Part shown: one piece after another, positions 19,001-28,834 of the stretch | How positions within the stretch are numbered: the stretch's first letter is position 1 | How the letters are laid out: each line of letters opens with the position of its first letter | NCBI GenBank assembly: GCA_025998875.1 | Contig: AP024675.1 | Location: 629,589-693,588 of the forward strand | Origin: Bacteroidota bacterium | GTDB taxonomy: Bacteria > Bacteroidota > Rhodothermia > JANXDC01 | Length of the DNA stretch: 64,000 bases | Direction: 5' to 3' | Notes under the pieces: generated by a model | Database searches by the model: none | The model's input: only the letters and a program-made list of their open reading frames with translations | Told to the model about the DNA's origin: nothing | Made by a program: the position numbers and the translations under genes

Positions 19001-21019
19001 CTATAGCCCTTTGTTCCACGGCCGCATGGAAGCAACAGGGGATCCATTTCGGGTTTGCAGAGCCTCCAGAAGGGCACGAGCGCGCTCCAATACGTGCTCT
19101 ACGGTGAACCCGAACTGGGCAAACAGGACCTCGCCGGGAGCGGAGGCGCCAAAGCGATCCAGCCCGATTACGGCATCGGCGTAGCGCTCCCATCCCAGCG
19201 TGGCGCCCGCCTCGATGGCCAGCCGGGGCACCCCTTCCAGGAGCACCTGGGCACGGTAGGATTCCGGCTGCTGGGCGAAAAGCTCCCAGCAGGGCATGCT
19301 CACCACGCGGGCCGAGACCCCTTCCTCAAGCAACCGCTCCCAAGCAGCCACCGCCAGTGCGACCTCGGATCCCGTGGCCAGAAGCAGCAGCTGTGGCGAG
19401 GGGGCATCCCGGAGCACGTATCCCCCCCGAAGCACGGCCTCCGTGTCCGTGCCTGCGAGCACGGGCACGGGCTGTCGGGTAAGGGCCAGCACCGTGGGCC
19501 CATCGCGCCGTTCCAGGGCGATGCGCCAGGCGTAGACCGTTTCGTTCGCATCGGCGGGCCGGATAACCCAGCAGTTCGGCATCGCCCGCAAGGAGGCCAG
19601 GTGTTCTACGGGCTGATGCGTGGGCCCGTCTTCCCCAAGCCCGATGGAATCGTGGGTGCAGACGAACACCGTGGGTAGATGGGAAAGGGCGGCGATGCGA
19701 ATTGCGGGTCGCATGTAGTCGCTGAAGACCAAGAAGGTGCCCACGTACGGGCGCAACCCGCTCAGGGCCAGCCCGTTGGCGATAGCGGCCATGGCATGCT
19801 CCCGCACACCAAAGTGGACATACCGCCCCGAAAAATCCTCTTTACGGAACGCGTTCACCTCCGAGGGCCGGGTGTTGTTCGAGGGCGTCAAGTCAGCCGA
19901 ACCACCCAGCAGACGGGGAGCCCGAGGAACAGCCACCTCAAGTACCTTCCCCGAAGCCGCGCGTGTGGCCAGCTTCACGCCGACCGGAAAACGGGGGCGA
20001 TCTTCCCACCAGTCCAGATCCCCCTGCCCCGCAAGCACCCGATCCAGTTCGTGCGCTTCTTCAGGATAAGCCTTGCGATAGCGGGCCAGCAACTTCCTCC
20101 ACCGGTTTTCCTGGATCCGACCCCGGCGAAGGGCCCGGCGGAAATAGCGCAACACGGACTCCTCGACCACGAAATCCGCATCCGGAGGAAATCCGAAGCG
20201 CATCTTGACCAGACGGACCTCCTCCGGGCCCAAGGGTTCTCCGTGGGCTTTGGCTGTATCCTGTTTGTTCGGGCTACCGTATCCGATATGGGTGCGGACC
20301 TGCAGCAGGGCCGGCCGACCGGCCTGCAGGGCACCCCGGATGGCCTTGCGCAGCATACCCAGATGATTGCCATCGGGTACCCGACGCACATACCACCCGT
20401 AGGCCCGGTACCGAGCCGCCACATCCTCGCTCCAGGCTAGATCCGTCGGCCCATCGATCGTAATGCGGTTATCGTCGTAGAGCACAATCAGATTGTCCAG
20501 TCCCCAGTGCCCGGCCAGGGAGGAGGCCTCGGCGGTAATGCCTTCCATCAGGTCGCCATCGGAAGCCAACACGAAGACCCGGTAATCAAAGAGCGGGAAA
20601 CCCGGCCGGTTAAAGCGAGCGGCCAGATGCTTGCCCGCCGCCGCCATCCCCACCGCCGTGGCCAGACCCTGGCCCAGAGGACCGGTGGTCGTCTCCACGC
20701 CCGGGGTGAGCCCGTATTCGGGATGTCCGGGCGTACGGCTTCCCCACTGCCGAAACTGCTTGAGCTCCTCTATCGTCAACCCGTAGCCGGTCAGATACAA
20801 CAGGGCATAGAGCAGCATGGAGCCGTGCCCGGCCGAGAGCACAAAGCGATCCCGGTTGGGCCAGTGCGGATTGCCCGGGTTATGGCGCAGAAACTCGGTC
20901 CAGAGCACATAGGCCATAGGCGCAGCCCCCATAGGCATACCCGGATGTCCGGACCGAGCCCGTTCAACGGCGTCCACAGCCAGCAATCGGATCGTATTAA
21001 TGGCTCTTTCGTGGTTCAT
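19001..21019 (-). CDS. tkt: Transketolase
   Basis: [53 protein letters not shown]. Confidence 0.97.
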   Translation of the reverse strand: MNHERAINTIRLLAVDAVERARSGHPGMPMGAAPMAYVLWTEFLRHNPGNPHWPNRDRFVLSAGHGSMLLYALLYLTGYGLTIEELKQFRQWGSRTPGHPEYGLTPGVETTTGPLGQGLATAVGMAAAGKHLAARFNRPGFPLFDYRVFVLASDGDLMEGITAEASSLAGHWGLDNLIVLYDDNRITIDGPTDLAWSEDVAARYRAYGWYVRRVPDGNHLGMLRKAIRGALQAGRPALLQVRTHIGYGSPNKQDTAKAHGEPLGPEEVRLVKMRFGFPPDADFVVEESVLRYFRRALRRGRIQENRWRKLLARYRKAYPEEAHELDRVLAGQGDLDWWEDRPRFPVGVKLATRAASGKVLEVAVPRAPRLLGGSADLTPSNNTRPSEVNAFRKEDFSGRYVHFGVREHAMAAIANGLALSGLRPYVGTFLVFSDYMRPAIRIAALSHLPTVFVCTHDSIGLGEDGPTHQPVEHLASLRAMPNCWVIRPADANETVYAWRIALERRDGPTVLALTRQPVPVLAGTDTEAVLRGGYVLRDAPSPQLLLLATGSEVALAVAAWERLLEEGVSARVVSMPCWELFAQQPESYRAQVLLEGVPRLAIEAGATLGWERYADAVIGLDRFGASAPGEVLFAQFGFTVEHVLERARALLEALQTRNGSPVASMRPWNKGL

Positions 21020-21151
21020 GAAAACCGATCTCCCTCGGGCCTATCACAGCAAAAATCCGTCCCCTATCCGGCCCGAGGCAACGGTTTCCAGATCGTTACA
21101 CCACAACCTCGGATCGTGCCGTATTTTTTCCCTCCCAGCTAGAGGTGCCTC

Positions 21152-22519
21152 ATGCTTCGGTTCCTGGCAAGATGGCTGTTTTTCGGCTGTGTTGCGCTTC
21201 CCCTCCGAGCACAGCCGCTGGATTCGGCCGCGATCGTAGGCACATATCGGCTCATCGCAGAACGTATCATCCAGGAAGCCACCCGGGATAGTTTCGCCTA
21301 CCGACGGCTGGCCGAACTCTGTGATCGCTTCGGACCCCGTTTCAGCGGCACGGAGAACCTAGAGCGGGCCATAGACTGGATTTTGGAGCAGATGCGAGCC
21401 GATGGACTGGAAAACGTTCGGGGAGAGCCTGTCTCCGTCCCCCGCTGGGTGCGGGGTCGGGAGTCGATCGAGATGCTGGAACCCCGCTACCGCCAGCTGC
21501 CCATGCTCGGGCTGGGCGGCAGTATAGGCACCCCTCCGGAGGGTATTACGGCCGAGGTGCTGGTCGTGGGCTCTTTTGAGGAGCTGCGGCGCCGTGCTTC
21601 GGAGGCCCAAGGAAAGATCGTGCTCTTCAATGTGCCCTTTACGACCTATGGGGAAACGGTACGCTACCGGACTCAGGGGGCCATCGAGGCGGCGCGCTTC
21701 GGCGCGGTGGCCAGCCTGATCCGCTCCGTAACCCCTTTCTCCATGCAGACCCCGCATACGGGCTCTATGAGCTATGATCCTGGGGTACCGCGCATACCTC
21801 ATGCGGCGATCACCGTCGAAGATGCCGAACTCATCGCCCGGCTGCAGGCGCGGGGAGAGCGCGTACGCCTGCGGCTGCGCATGGAGGCGCGCACCCTGCC
21901 GGATACCCTGTCCCGAAACGTGATCGCCGAACTGGTCGGCCGGGAAAAACCCGATGAAGTGGTCGTGCTGGGTGGCCACATCGATTCCTGGGACGTCGGA
22001 CAGGGCGCCATGGACGACGCCGGAGGATGCGTGGCGGCCTGGGAGGCGGTGCGGCTGCTCAAAAACCTGGGGCTCCGACCCCGGCGTACCATCCGGGTGG
22101 TGCTCTGGACAAACGAGGAAAACGGCCTCCGGGGCGCCACGGCATATGCGGCACGACACAACCCGGATCAGCATGTGTTGGCCATAGAATCCGATGCGGG
22201 GGTTTTCCGTCCGCTGGGCTTCGGCTTTTCAGGCTCAGAGGAAGCCTACAAGCTTGTGCGCGCCATCGGCACCCTGCTCGATCCCATAGGGGCCGGACGG
22301 ATCACGCGCGGCGGCGGAGGGGCAGACATCGGCCCGCTCATGCGTCGAGGCGTGCCCGGAATGGGGCTCGTTGTGGATGGCACGCGCTACTTCTGGTACC
22401 ATCACACCGAGGCCGATACGGTCGATAAGCTCGACCCCGGAGAGCTCAACCTGTGCGTGGCCGCCATGGCCGTGATGGCCTACGTAGTTGCCGACCTGCC
22501 TGAACCGCTACCCCGCTAG
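21152..22519 (+). CDS. Exported M28 family metallopeptidase (carboxypeptidase Q-like)
   Basis: Signal peptide, PA domain, GGHIDSWD, AMDD, NEENG, ESDAG, YHHT. Confidence 0.9.
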   Translation: MLRFLARWLFFGCVALPLRAQPLDSAAIVGTYRLIAERIIQEATRDSFAYRRLAELCDRFGPRFSGTENLERAIDWILEQMRADGLENVRGEPVSVPRWVRGRESIEMLEPRYRQLPMLGLGGSIGTPPEGITAEVLVVGSFEELRRRASEAQGKIVLFNVPFTTYGETVRYRTQGAIEAARFGAVASLIRSVTPFSMQTPHTGSMSYDPGVPRIPHAAITVEDAELIARLQARGERVRLRLRMEARTLPDTLSRNVIAELVGREKPDEVVVLGGHIDSWDVGQGAMDDAGGCVAAWEAVRLLKNLGLRPRRTIRVVLWTNEENGLRGATAYAARHNPDQHVLAIESDAGVFRPLGFGFSGSEEAYKLVRAIGTLLDPIGAGRITRGGGGADIGPLMRRGVPGMGLVVDGTRYFWYHHTEADTVDKLDPGELNLCVAAMAVMAYVVADLPEPLPR

Positions 22520-22536
22520 CCATGGGCGGTGCGATC

Positions 22537-22821
22537 TCAGCAGAAGACCACCTCTTCGATCACCGGCCTGCTGAGTCGTTCGTTGATCCGATCGCGCCAG
22601 TGCGAGCGGGCCAGATGTAGCTCCTGACGCCAGACCGGGCTAGAGACCTGCACGTAGAGACGCCCCCGTTCGACCCACACCCTCTTGGTGACGCGCGCAA
22701 TCTGGGGTCCAGCCAGCTCGAACCACTCCACCACAGCCCGGGCCTCGTAGAAAGGCTTCTCTAGGCCGGCTTGGACGATCCAAGCTTCCAGCGCCTGGGC
22801 AAGCGTTGTGGGCTTAGCCAT
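22537..22821 (-). CDS. DUF721 / DciA-like protein
   Basis: W..LAGPQIARVT...LYVQVSSPVWRQEL pattern; coupled to recF as is typical. Confidence 0.8.
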   Translation of the reverse strand: MAKPTTLAQALEAWIVQAGLEKPFYEARAVVEWFELAGPQIARVTKRVWVERGRLYVQVSSPVWRQELHLARSHWRDRINERLSRPVIEEVVFC

Positions 22822-23959
22822 GATCGATCTCCCGCGGATCGGGTTGTACCCGGGGCTGAATCTCCAGCACCACGACCTCCGATTTCGTTTCGGCCAGATC
22901 GGGCACCTCGGTAGCGCTCAGAAACACCTGTCCGAAACCCCCTCGGGCGAGTACCTGCAGGAAAGCCGCGCTCCGGTGGGCATCCAGATCTCCCAGCACA
23001 TCATCAAGCAACAACAAGGGGCGCTCCTCGAGCACCGCTTCCAGATAGGCATACTGCGCCCACTTGAGCGCCAGCAACAGCGTGCGGTGCTGTCCCTGGG
23101 AGGCATAGCGGCGCACCTCGATATCATCGAGGTAGAAGATGAGCTCATCGCGGTGCGGGCCCAGCAGCGTACGAGCCTGGCGGCGCTCCAGGGGCCAGAT
23201 ATCCCGCAATGCCGTCCCGAAGCGCTCGGCTACCTCTTCCAGGCTGGCTGCCCCTTCCAGGGCGAAAGAAGGCCGGTAACGGATGCGGGGTTCCTCGCTC
23301 ACCTGGGCCACCTGCTCATAGGCGCGACGCAGCAAGTCCTGAAAAGCCTCCACGAACTGCATCCGACGCCAGACAATCCGGGAACCGTAGTGGATAAGCG
23401 CGTAATTCCATGGCTCCAGCACCTCCAGCCACGCGGTACCCCTTTCATGCCTGTGCGCCCACAGGAGCGCGTTGCGCTGCCGCATCGCCCGTCGGTAGGC
23501 CAGCAGATCTTCCAGATACAGGGGGCTGGCTTGGCTGATCACCGTATCTAGAAAGCGCCGGCGCTCCTCGGGCCCATCCATGGTCAGGCGTCGGTCATGC
23601 GGGGCGAAAACGACGACCGGAAAACGGCCCACCAGATCGGCAAGCCGCTCCAGAGGGGCCATGTTGATCCAGAAACGCTTGCCCGTTTCAGGATGATACT
23701 GCACACGCACCGTACGCTCGGCCCCCTGATCGGTCTCAAAGACCCCCTCCAGCTCAAAAAACGGCCTGCCAAACTGCACCAGATGGCGGTCCTCGACCCC
23801 CAGAAAACTCTTACTGAGGCACAGCACGTAGATGGCCTCCAAGACATTGGTCTTACCCCGGCCATTGGGCCCGACGAGCAGGTTCAGCCCGGGACCGAAG
23901 ACCAGATGGCTGTCCGCGTGAGCCCGAAAATAACGCAACCGCAAGCTTCGCAAGCGCAT
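22814..23959 (-). CDS. recF: DNA replication and repair protein RecF
   Basis: GPNGRGKTN Walker A, ERRRFLD, GPHRDEL, SQGQ, LLLLDDVLGDLD; ATG at 23959. Confidence 0.96.
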   Translation of the reverse strand: MRLRSLRLRYFRAHADSHLVFGPGLNLLVGPNGRGKTNVLEAIYVLCLSKSFLGVEDRHLVQFGRPFFELEGVFETDQGAERTVRVQYHPETGKRFWINMAPLERLADLVGRFPVVVFAPHDRRLTMDGPEERRRFLDTVISQASPLYLEDLLAYRRAMRQRNALLWAHRHERGTAWLEVLEPWNYALIHYGSRIVWRRMQFVEAFQDLLRRAYEQVAQVSEEPRIRYRPSFALEGAASLEEVAERFGTALRDIWPLERRQARTLLGPHRDELIFYLDDIEVRRYASQGQHRTLLLALKWAQYAYLEAVLEERPLLLLDDVLGDLDAHRSAAFLQVLARGGFGQVFLSATEVPDLAETKSEVVVLEIQPRVQPDPREIDHG

Positions 23960-24006
23960 ACGAAAAAAATACACCGACACCCTTTCCCCCGGCCAGGAGA
24001 GGGGCG

Positions 24007-24036
24007 AAAAAAAAGCGGCCGGAAGGCTCCGGCCGC
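24007..24036 (-). terminator. Intrinsic terminator after glnA
   Basis: Minus strand GCGGCCGGA-gcct-TCCGGCCGC followed by T8. Confidence 0.85.
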
Positions 24037-24060
24037 CGCGGGGTTCCGGTACAGGGGCGT

Positions 24061-25512
24061 TCAAACGTCAAAGTACAGCATGAACTCATGCGGGTGGGGC
24101 CGCATGCGCAGCTGCTGTACCTCATTGTCGTACTTGTATTTGATCCAGGCCGCGATCGTATCCTCACTGAACACCTCCCCGACGAGCAGGAACTCGTGAT
24201 CCCGCTCCAGGGCCTCGAGGGCCTCTTCCAGCGATTTGGGCGCCTGAGGCAGGGCGGCCAACTCAGCCGGATCGAGATGGTAGATGTCCTTATCCACCGG
24301 CTCGCCCGGATCGATCCGGTTGCGGATACCGTCCAGGCCCGCCAGTAGCAGAGCGGAAAAGGCCAGGTACGGATTGCAGGAGGGATCCGGGAAGCGGGCC
24401 TCTATGCGTTTGGCCTTTGGGCTGTCGGAGTAGACGGGGATCCGCACAGCCGCGCTGCGGTTGCGCGCCGAATAGACCAGGTTCACCGGGGCCTCAAAGC
24501 CGGGCACCAGCCGGCGGAAGGAGTTCGTGGTGGGATTGGTAAAGGCGATCACGGCCGGGGCGTGATGCAAAATCCCGCCGATAAACCAGAGCGCCAGCTG
24601 ACTCAAGCCGGCATATCCGTCGCCGAAGAAAAGAGGCTGCCCTTCTTTCCAGAGCGAGATGTGCACGTGCATGCCCGAGCCGTTGTCACCGAAAATGGGC
24701 TTGGGCATGAACGTGACGGTTTTGCCGTACTTCCAGGCCGTGTTCTTGACGATGTACTTGTAGTTGAGCAGCGCATCGGCGCAGCGCAACAGGGGCTGAT
24801 AGCGGATGTCGATCTCGCACTGGCCACCGGAGGCCACCTCGTGATGCTGCGCCTCGACTTCGATGCCGATGGAGAGCATATGAAGCACCATCTCGGCGCG
24901 CAGATTCTGCAGGGAGTCGGTGGGCGGCACGGGGAAGTATCCGCCTTTGGTGGTGGGCTTATACCCCAGGCTGTCGTGCCGGCCCCGGTTCCAGAAACCC
25001 TCATCGGAATCGAGCTTATAGAAGGCGTGATTGGGGCCCTCGTCAAAAGAGGCGTGATCGAAGACGAAGAACTCCGCCTCGGGGCCGAAATAGGCCACAT
25101 CGGCGATCCCGGTCTGCTTCAGGTAGCGTTCGGCCCGGCGCGCAATGCCCCGGGGACAGCGGGGAAAGGGCTCCAGGGTGCCCGGCTCATGAATCTCCCC
25201 CAACACGACCACGGTTTTGTGCGCAAAAAACGGATCCACAAAAGCCGTCGTCGGATCCGGGAGCACGAGCATATCGGATTCGTGGATGCTCTTCCAGCCC
25301 CGAATAGAGGAGCCATCGAAGCCCACCCCCTCGTCGAAGATCTCCGGCTTGAAGTGGGCCACGGGAATGGAAAAGTGCTGCTGCTGGCCCAGGAAATCGA
25401 CAAACCGGATGTCGACCATCTGGGCCCCGTTTTGCTCGATGAGCTCGAATACCTGCCGGATCGCCTCCCGGCGGAGCTCCACGGGCATGTCCATGATAAG
25501 CGGCGGCGTCAT
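24061..25512 (-). CDS. glnA: Glutamine synthetase type I (beta-type, adenylylation Tyr present)
   Basis: FDGSSI, HHEVA, TFMPKP, GSGMHVH, RLVPGFEAP, RIEARFPD, DKDIYHL; AGGAG SD before ATG 25512. Confidence 0.97.
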   Translation of the reverse strand: MTPPLIMDMPVELRREAIRQVFELIEQNGAQMVDIRFVDFLGQQQHFSIPVAHFKPEIFDEGVGFDGSSIRGWKSIHESDMLVLPDPTTAFVDPFFAHKTVVVLGEIHEPGTLEPFPRCPRGIARRAERYLKQTGIADVAYFGPEAEFFVFDHASFDEGPNHAFYKLDSDEGFWNRGRHDSLGYKPTTKGGYFPVPPTDSLQNLRAEMVLHMLSIGIEVEAQHHEVASGGQCEIDIRYQPLLRCADALLNYKYIVKNTAWKYGKTVTFMPKPIFGDNGSGMHVHISLWKEGQPLFFGDGYAGLSQLALWFIGGILHHAPAVIAFTNPTTNSFRRLVPGFEAPVNLVYSARNRSAAVRIPVYSDSPKAKRIEARFPDPSCNPYLAFSALLLAGLDGIRNRIDPGEPVDKDIYHLDPAELAALPQAPKSLEEALEALERDHEFLLVGEVFSEDTIAAWIKYKYDNEVQQLRMRPHPHEFMLYFDV

Positions 25513-25516
25513 AGCG

Positions 25517-26014
25517 CTACTCCTGTTTTTGGGGTTCTGCGGAAACCGTATCGGAAAGCCCGATGGGCAGAGCGCGCGTCTCTTTGAACGTGGACAACAC
25601 AATGCTCGTTTGCGTCTGCTTGACCCCGGGCCAGGCCTGAATGGTGGACAACAAGCGCTCCAGGGTCGTGGTGTTCCGGGTGCGGACCTTGAGCAGGTGC
25701 GACCCCTCCCCCGTGATGGAATGACACTCCAGCACCTCCGGTAAGGCCGTCGCCCGCTCTACAAAACCCGCATAATACGGGGATCCATCGACAAAGACCC
25801 GGATGAAGGCCGTGATATCGATGCCCAGCGCTTTGTGGGCCACCACGGCGTGATAGCCTTCAATGAATCCACGGGCCTCCAGCTTGCGCATGCGTTCCGA
25901 CAGGGCCGGCAACGACAAACCGACGCGCTCGGCCAGTTCGGTGCGCTTCATGCGCCCATGCTCCTGCAGAAGCTGCAGAATCTGCAGGTCGATGGCATCA
26001 AGCTCGTGATGCAT
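25517..26014 (-). CDS. Lrp/AsnC family transcriptional regulator
   Basis: LDAIDLQILQLLQEHGR HTH, LEARGFIEGY, EVLECHSITGE RAM domain. Confidence 0.93.
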   Translation of the reverse strand: MHHELDAIDLQILQLLQEHGRMKRTELAERVGLSLPALSERMRKLEARGFIEGYHAVVAHKALGIDITAFIRVFVDGSPYYAGFVERATALPEVLECHSITGEGSHLLKVRTRNTTTLERLLSTIQAWPGVKQTQTSIVLSTFKETRALPIGLSDTVSAEPQKQE

Positions 26015-26039
26015 AACTCACTTTCATAAGGTCGATGCG

Positions 26040-26068
26040 AATATCGGCGGAACTTTCTTATATGTCAA
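26040..26068 (-). promoter_or_regulatory. Putative sigma70 promoter of lrp-glnA
   Basis: Minus strand TTGACA (26068-26063), 17 nt, GATATT (26045-26040). Confidence 0.55.
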
Positions 26069-26232
26069 GCGGAAAAATCAGAACTTTTTCAGGTATATCC
26101 CCTGCCGAACTGCAAAAACGATCAGCGCCCCAACATATCCCCGGAAGACCCGCCGTGGAGGGCAGAGGGGCCTTTCTGCGGCGGGAAGCCGCCCATCCCG
26201 GCCGATTCAGTAGAACAGGAAGGAGAAAGGAG

Positions 26233-26263
26233 AAAAAAATCCGGCGAGCACGACTCGCCGGAT
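26233..26263 (-). terminator. Intrinsic terminator after tRNA-Asp
   Basis: Minus strand ATCCGGCGAG-tcgtg-CTCGCCGGAT followed by a T run. Confidence 0.8.
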
Positions 26264-26282
26264 GGATCCGAACCGGATTTTG

Positions 26283-26356
<74 letters not shown>

Positions 26357-26400
26357 AGAAGCAGAGCAAATATAGCACCCCGCCCAACACCGCGCAAGGC

Positions 26401-26649
26401 TCAGGCGGGGGTATTCGAATCAGGGCGATAGAGGATCGCCACCACAACTTGCCCAACCCCCCCCAGAATGAGCAGGGGAGAAAGGTAGAGGGAGATCCAG
26501 CCGTCGACGGCGTTCTCCAAGCGCATGGCCACAAAACCCACCAGGATGAGCCCTACCCCGATCAGTAACAGCAGGTAGTTGATGGGCTCAAAGGGCAGGG
26601 AGCGAACCCCTCGGCTCGAGGATATCCGCCGCCGTCTCTGTTGCGCCAT
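26401..26649 (-). CDS. DUF3098-like small membrane protein
   Basis: LPFEPINYLLLLIGVGLILVGF...LSPLLILGG...AIL two-TM pattern; AGGAG SD before ATG 26649. Confidence 0.75.
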   Translation of the reverse strand: MAQQRRRRISSSRGVRSLPFEPINYLLLLIGVGLILVGFVAMRLENAVDGWISLYLSPLLILGGVGQVVVAILYRPDSNTPA

Positions 26650-26698
26650 AACGCCTCTCCTTGGGTATACAAAATATCTGGCAAACCCGCACACAAAC

Positions 26699-27883
26699 TC
26701 AATCCTCGATACGGCGCAGCTCAACACGGCGCTGCAAACGCAGGGAATCCCCCATGGTTCCCTCCCAGGATCCCTCCAGGAAGACCACATCACCCCGCTC
26801 TGGATCCCAGCTCAGGCGCACCTGTCCTTCGGGCAGGGCCCTTCCGCGCTGACGGGGCCGAAGATGCAGCCAGGAGTGATCTTCGTCGATGTTCCCGGAA
26901 AAGAACCACAGACCATAGGCCCATCCCGCTTGCCCCTCCCGTTCTCCCCATTCTCTCCATTCGGCCATCTGCGGCCCGAAAGCCCAGAATAGGTCTTCCG
27001 GCAACAGAGGAATGGGCACCTGAGTACGGACAGACCACGCATGGACATCGGCGCTGAAGCGGATGGTGCCGAGCCGCATATCCAGCCGGCCAACGAGCAC
27101 GCGATCCCGGCCGGGCTGCCAGAAATCCGGTCCTCTCCATCCCCATCCGGATGGGGCCGAAACCAGCTCGAAGCCCTCTCGGGGATCTCCGAAGAGGTAG
27201 AATTGCCGTTCCAGCTCCACCCAGCCATCCCGGTACAGCACCGCACGCGTGCGCGCAAAAGCCGGGGGCAGTCCATCCAGACGCAGACGCCCTCCCGGAT
27301 CCCTATCCAGCTCCAGGCCCAGAAGCAAGATCTCAACCCCGATGCGGTCATACCCCGCATAGATGACCCGCATACGGAAGTGTGTCTCCACATCCAGCCG
27401 GATTTTCTTGACCGCACGCCCTCGTCCCACCTCCAGATACACGATCTGGCGATATCGATATACACCGCTCCAGCGGGGGCCGAAATGCGTCCACGCAGGA
27501 GGCAGATAGACGCGCACGCGCCATTCCCACCAAGGTCGGTGGGCGACGATCGTGCAGGCGAACGAGCGACACTGCCGGCAATAGCGCTGCTCCCCACGCG
27601 CCTGCGTCTGCGATTGCGAGCCGCGCGCCGATCGGTTCGAGGCGGCCTGATCCGACGGCCAGGCTGGGGGCTGGGCCATGGGAACATTTTGTCCCCGCGC
27701 TCGCTCAGGAGCCCATACGACGGAGGAAGGCCGGCTCGGATCCCGCGGCGGAGCCCAGTACCCGTCCCGGGAACGAATCCGCTCCAGGTCTATACGCCGA
27801 GTTCTCAGGGTGTCTTCATCGACCGGATGCCGATACATCACGCTCCCCAGAACCAGCCACGCAAAGACAAGCATCCCGCACAT
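26699..27883 (-). CDS. Hypothetical, probably exported protein
   Basis: Long ORF filling the gap; hydrophobic N-terminus MCGMLVFAWLVLGS; start uncertain. Confidence 0.6.
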   Translation of the reverse strand: MCGMLVFAWLVLGSVMYRHPVDEDTLRTRRIDLERIRSRDGYWAPPRDPSRPSSVVWAPERARGQNVPMAQPPAWPSDQAASNRSARGSQSQTQARGEQRYCRQCRSFACTIVAHRPWWEWRVRVYLPPAWTHFGPRWSGVYRYRQIVYLEVGRGRAVKKIRLDVETHFRMRVIYAGYDRIGVEILLLGLELDRDPGGRLRLDGLPPAFARTRAVLYRDGWVELERQFYLFGDPREGFELVSAPSGWGWRGPDFWQPGRDRVLVGRLDMRLGTIRFSADVHAWSVRTQVPIPLLPEDLFWAFGPQMAEWREWGEREGQAGWAYGLWFFSGNIDEDHSWLHLRPRQRGRALPEGQVRLSWDPERGDVVFLEGSWEGTMGDSLRLQRRVELRRIED

Positions 27884-28039
27884 GGCAACATCCTTTCGAC
27901 AGAAGACGCGCGTTTTTTCTTCAGAGAGCATGCCAGTCGTGGCAAATACCTGCTGAGGTTGTATTTTCTCCGAGTGGGGATCGTACCGCTGTCCGACTTT
28001 CCGGACAGCTCTGTCCCCCGCACAGAAGGAAAAACGACG

Positions 28040-28834
28040 ATGCAAGAGCATACCTTCGAGGTTCTTCGCCAGGCCGCTCGCCGGGCTGCCGAGCGGAGTT
28101 ATGTGCCCTACAGCAGGCGTCCTGCGGGATGCGCACTCTGGACGCGCTCTGGAACCCTGATCCTGGGCGCTCGGGTGGAAAACGCTTCCTATGGGCTGCT
28201 CATCGACCCCCTACAGAACGCCCTCAGCACGGCCTTTGCCTACGGGGAAAGGGATGTGGTCGCCGTAGCGCTCACGGAACCCTGCACGCTGGCCGATCTG
28301 GATCTGTGTGCGGGCTGGTTAGAGGAGGCCTGGATCGTGGACCCTGAGGGGGTAGGTCTGCTCTCCGAGCGGACTGGCCGCTCTGTATCGGTCACGGTGG
28401 CGTTGCCCGAGGCATGGCGTGAGCTGGATCCTTTTCTGCCCGCCCATTCGGACACCGACGGCCTCTCTCTGGCCCGGAAGGCGGCCCGGCAAGCTTATGC
28501 TCCGGAGTCCGGCTTCCGGGTAGGCTGTGCGCTACAGACAGCCGACGGGCGATGGCTTCTGGGCTGCAACGTGGAGCAACGCAATTGGCGTCACGTGCTC
28601 TGTGCGGAGCGTAACGTCCTGAGCACCTGGATATCCTACCGAGGGGCTCCGGTTACGGCGCTGTACATCTGCACCGCCGAGGCCGCTTACTGTCCTCCCT
28701 GCGGGGCCTGTCGGCAGGTGATGGCCGAACTGGCCCCGGAGGCCGAGGTCGCGCTGGCCGGGGGTGTGCACACCTCGAGCGCCGCGCTGCTGCCCCTCTC
28801 CTTCCATCCCGGTCTGCTCATCGGACAGCCATGA
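28040..28834 (+). CDS. cdd: Two-domain cytidine deaminase
   Basis: SYVPYS..GARVENAS (domain 1); AYAPESGFRVG..GCNVE..CAERN..PPCGACRQ (domain 2); AGAAGGA SD before ATG 28040. Confidence 0.85.
   Translation: MQEHTFEVLRQAARRAAERSYVPYSRRPAGCALWTRSGTLILGARVENASYGLLIDPLQNALSTAFAYGERDVVAVALTEPCTLADLDLCAGWLEEAWIVDPEGVGLLSERTGRSVSVTVALPEAWRELDPFLPAHSDTDGLSLARKAARQAYAPESGFRVGCALQTADGRWLLGCNVEQRNWRHVLCAERNVLSTWISYRGAPVTALYICTAEAAYCPPCGACRQVMAELAPEAEVALAGGVHTSSAALLPLSFHPGLLIGQP

Noticed and set aside
27041..28039. 333-codon N-terminal extension of the cytidine deaminase in the ORF track
   Set aside because: Antisense to the 26699-27883 gene; a good SD precedes ATG 28040, where deaminase similarity begins
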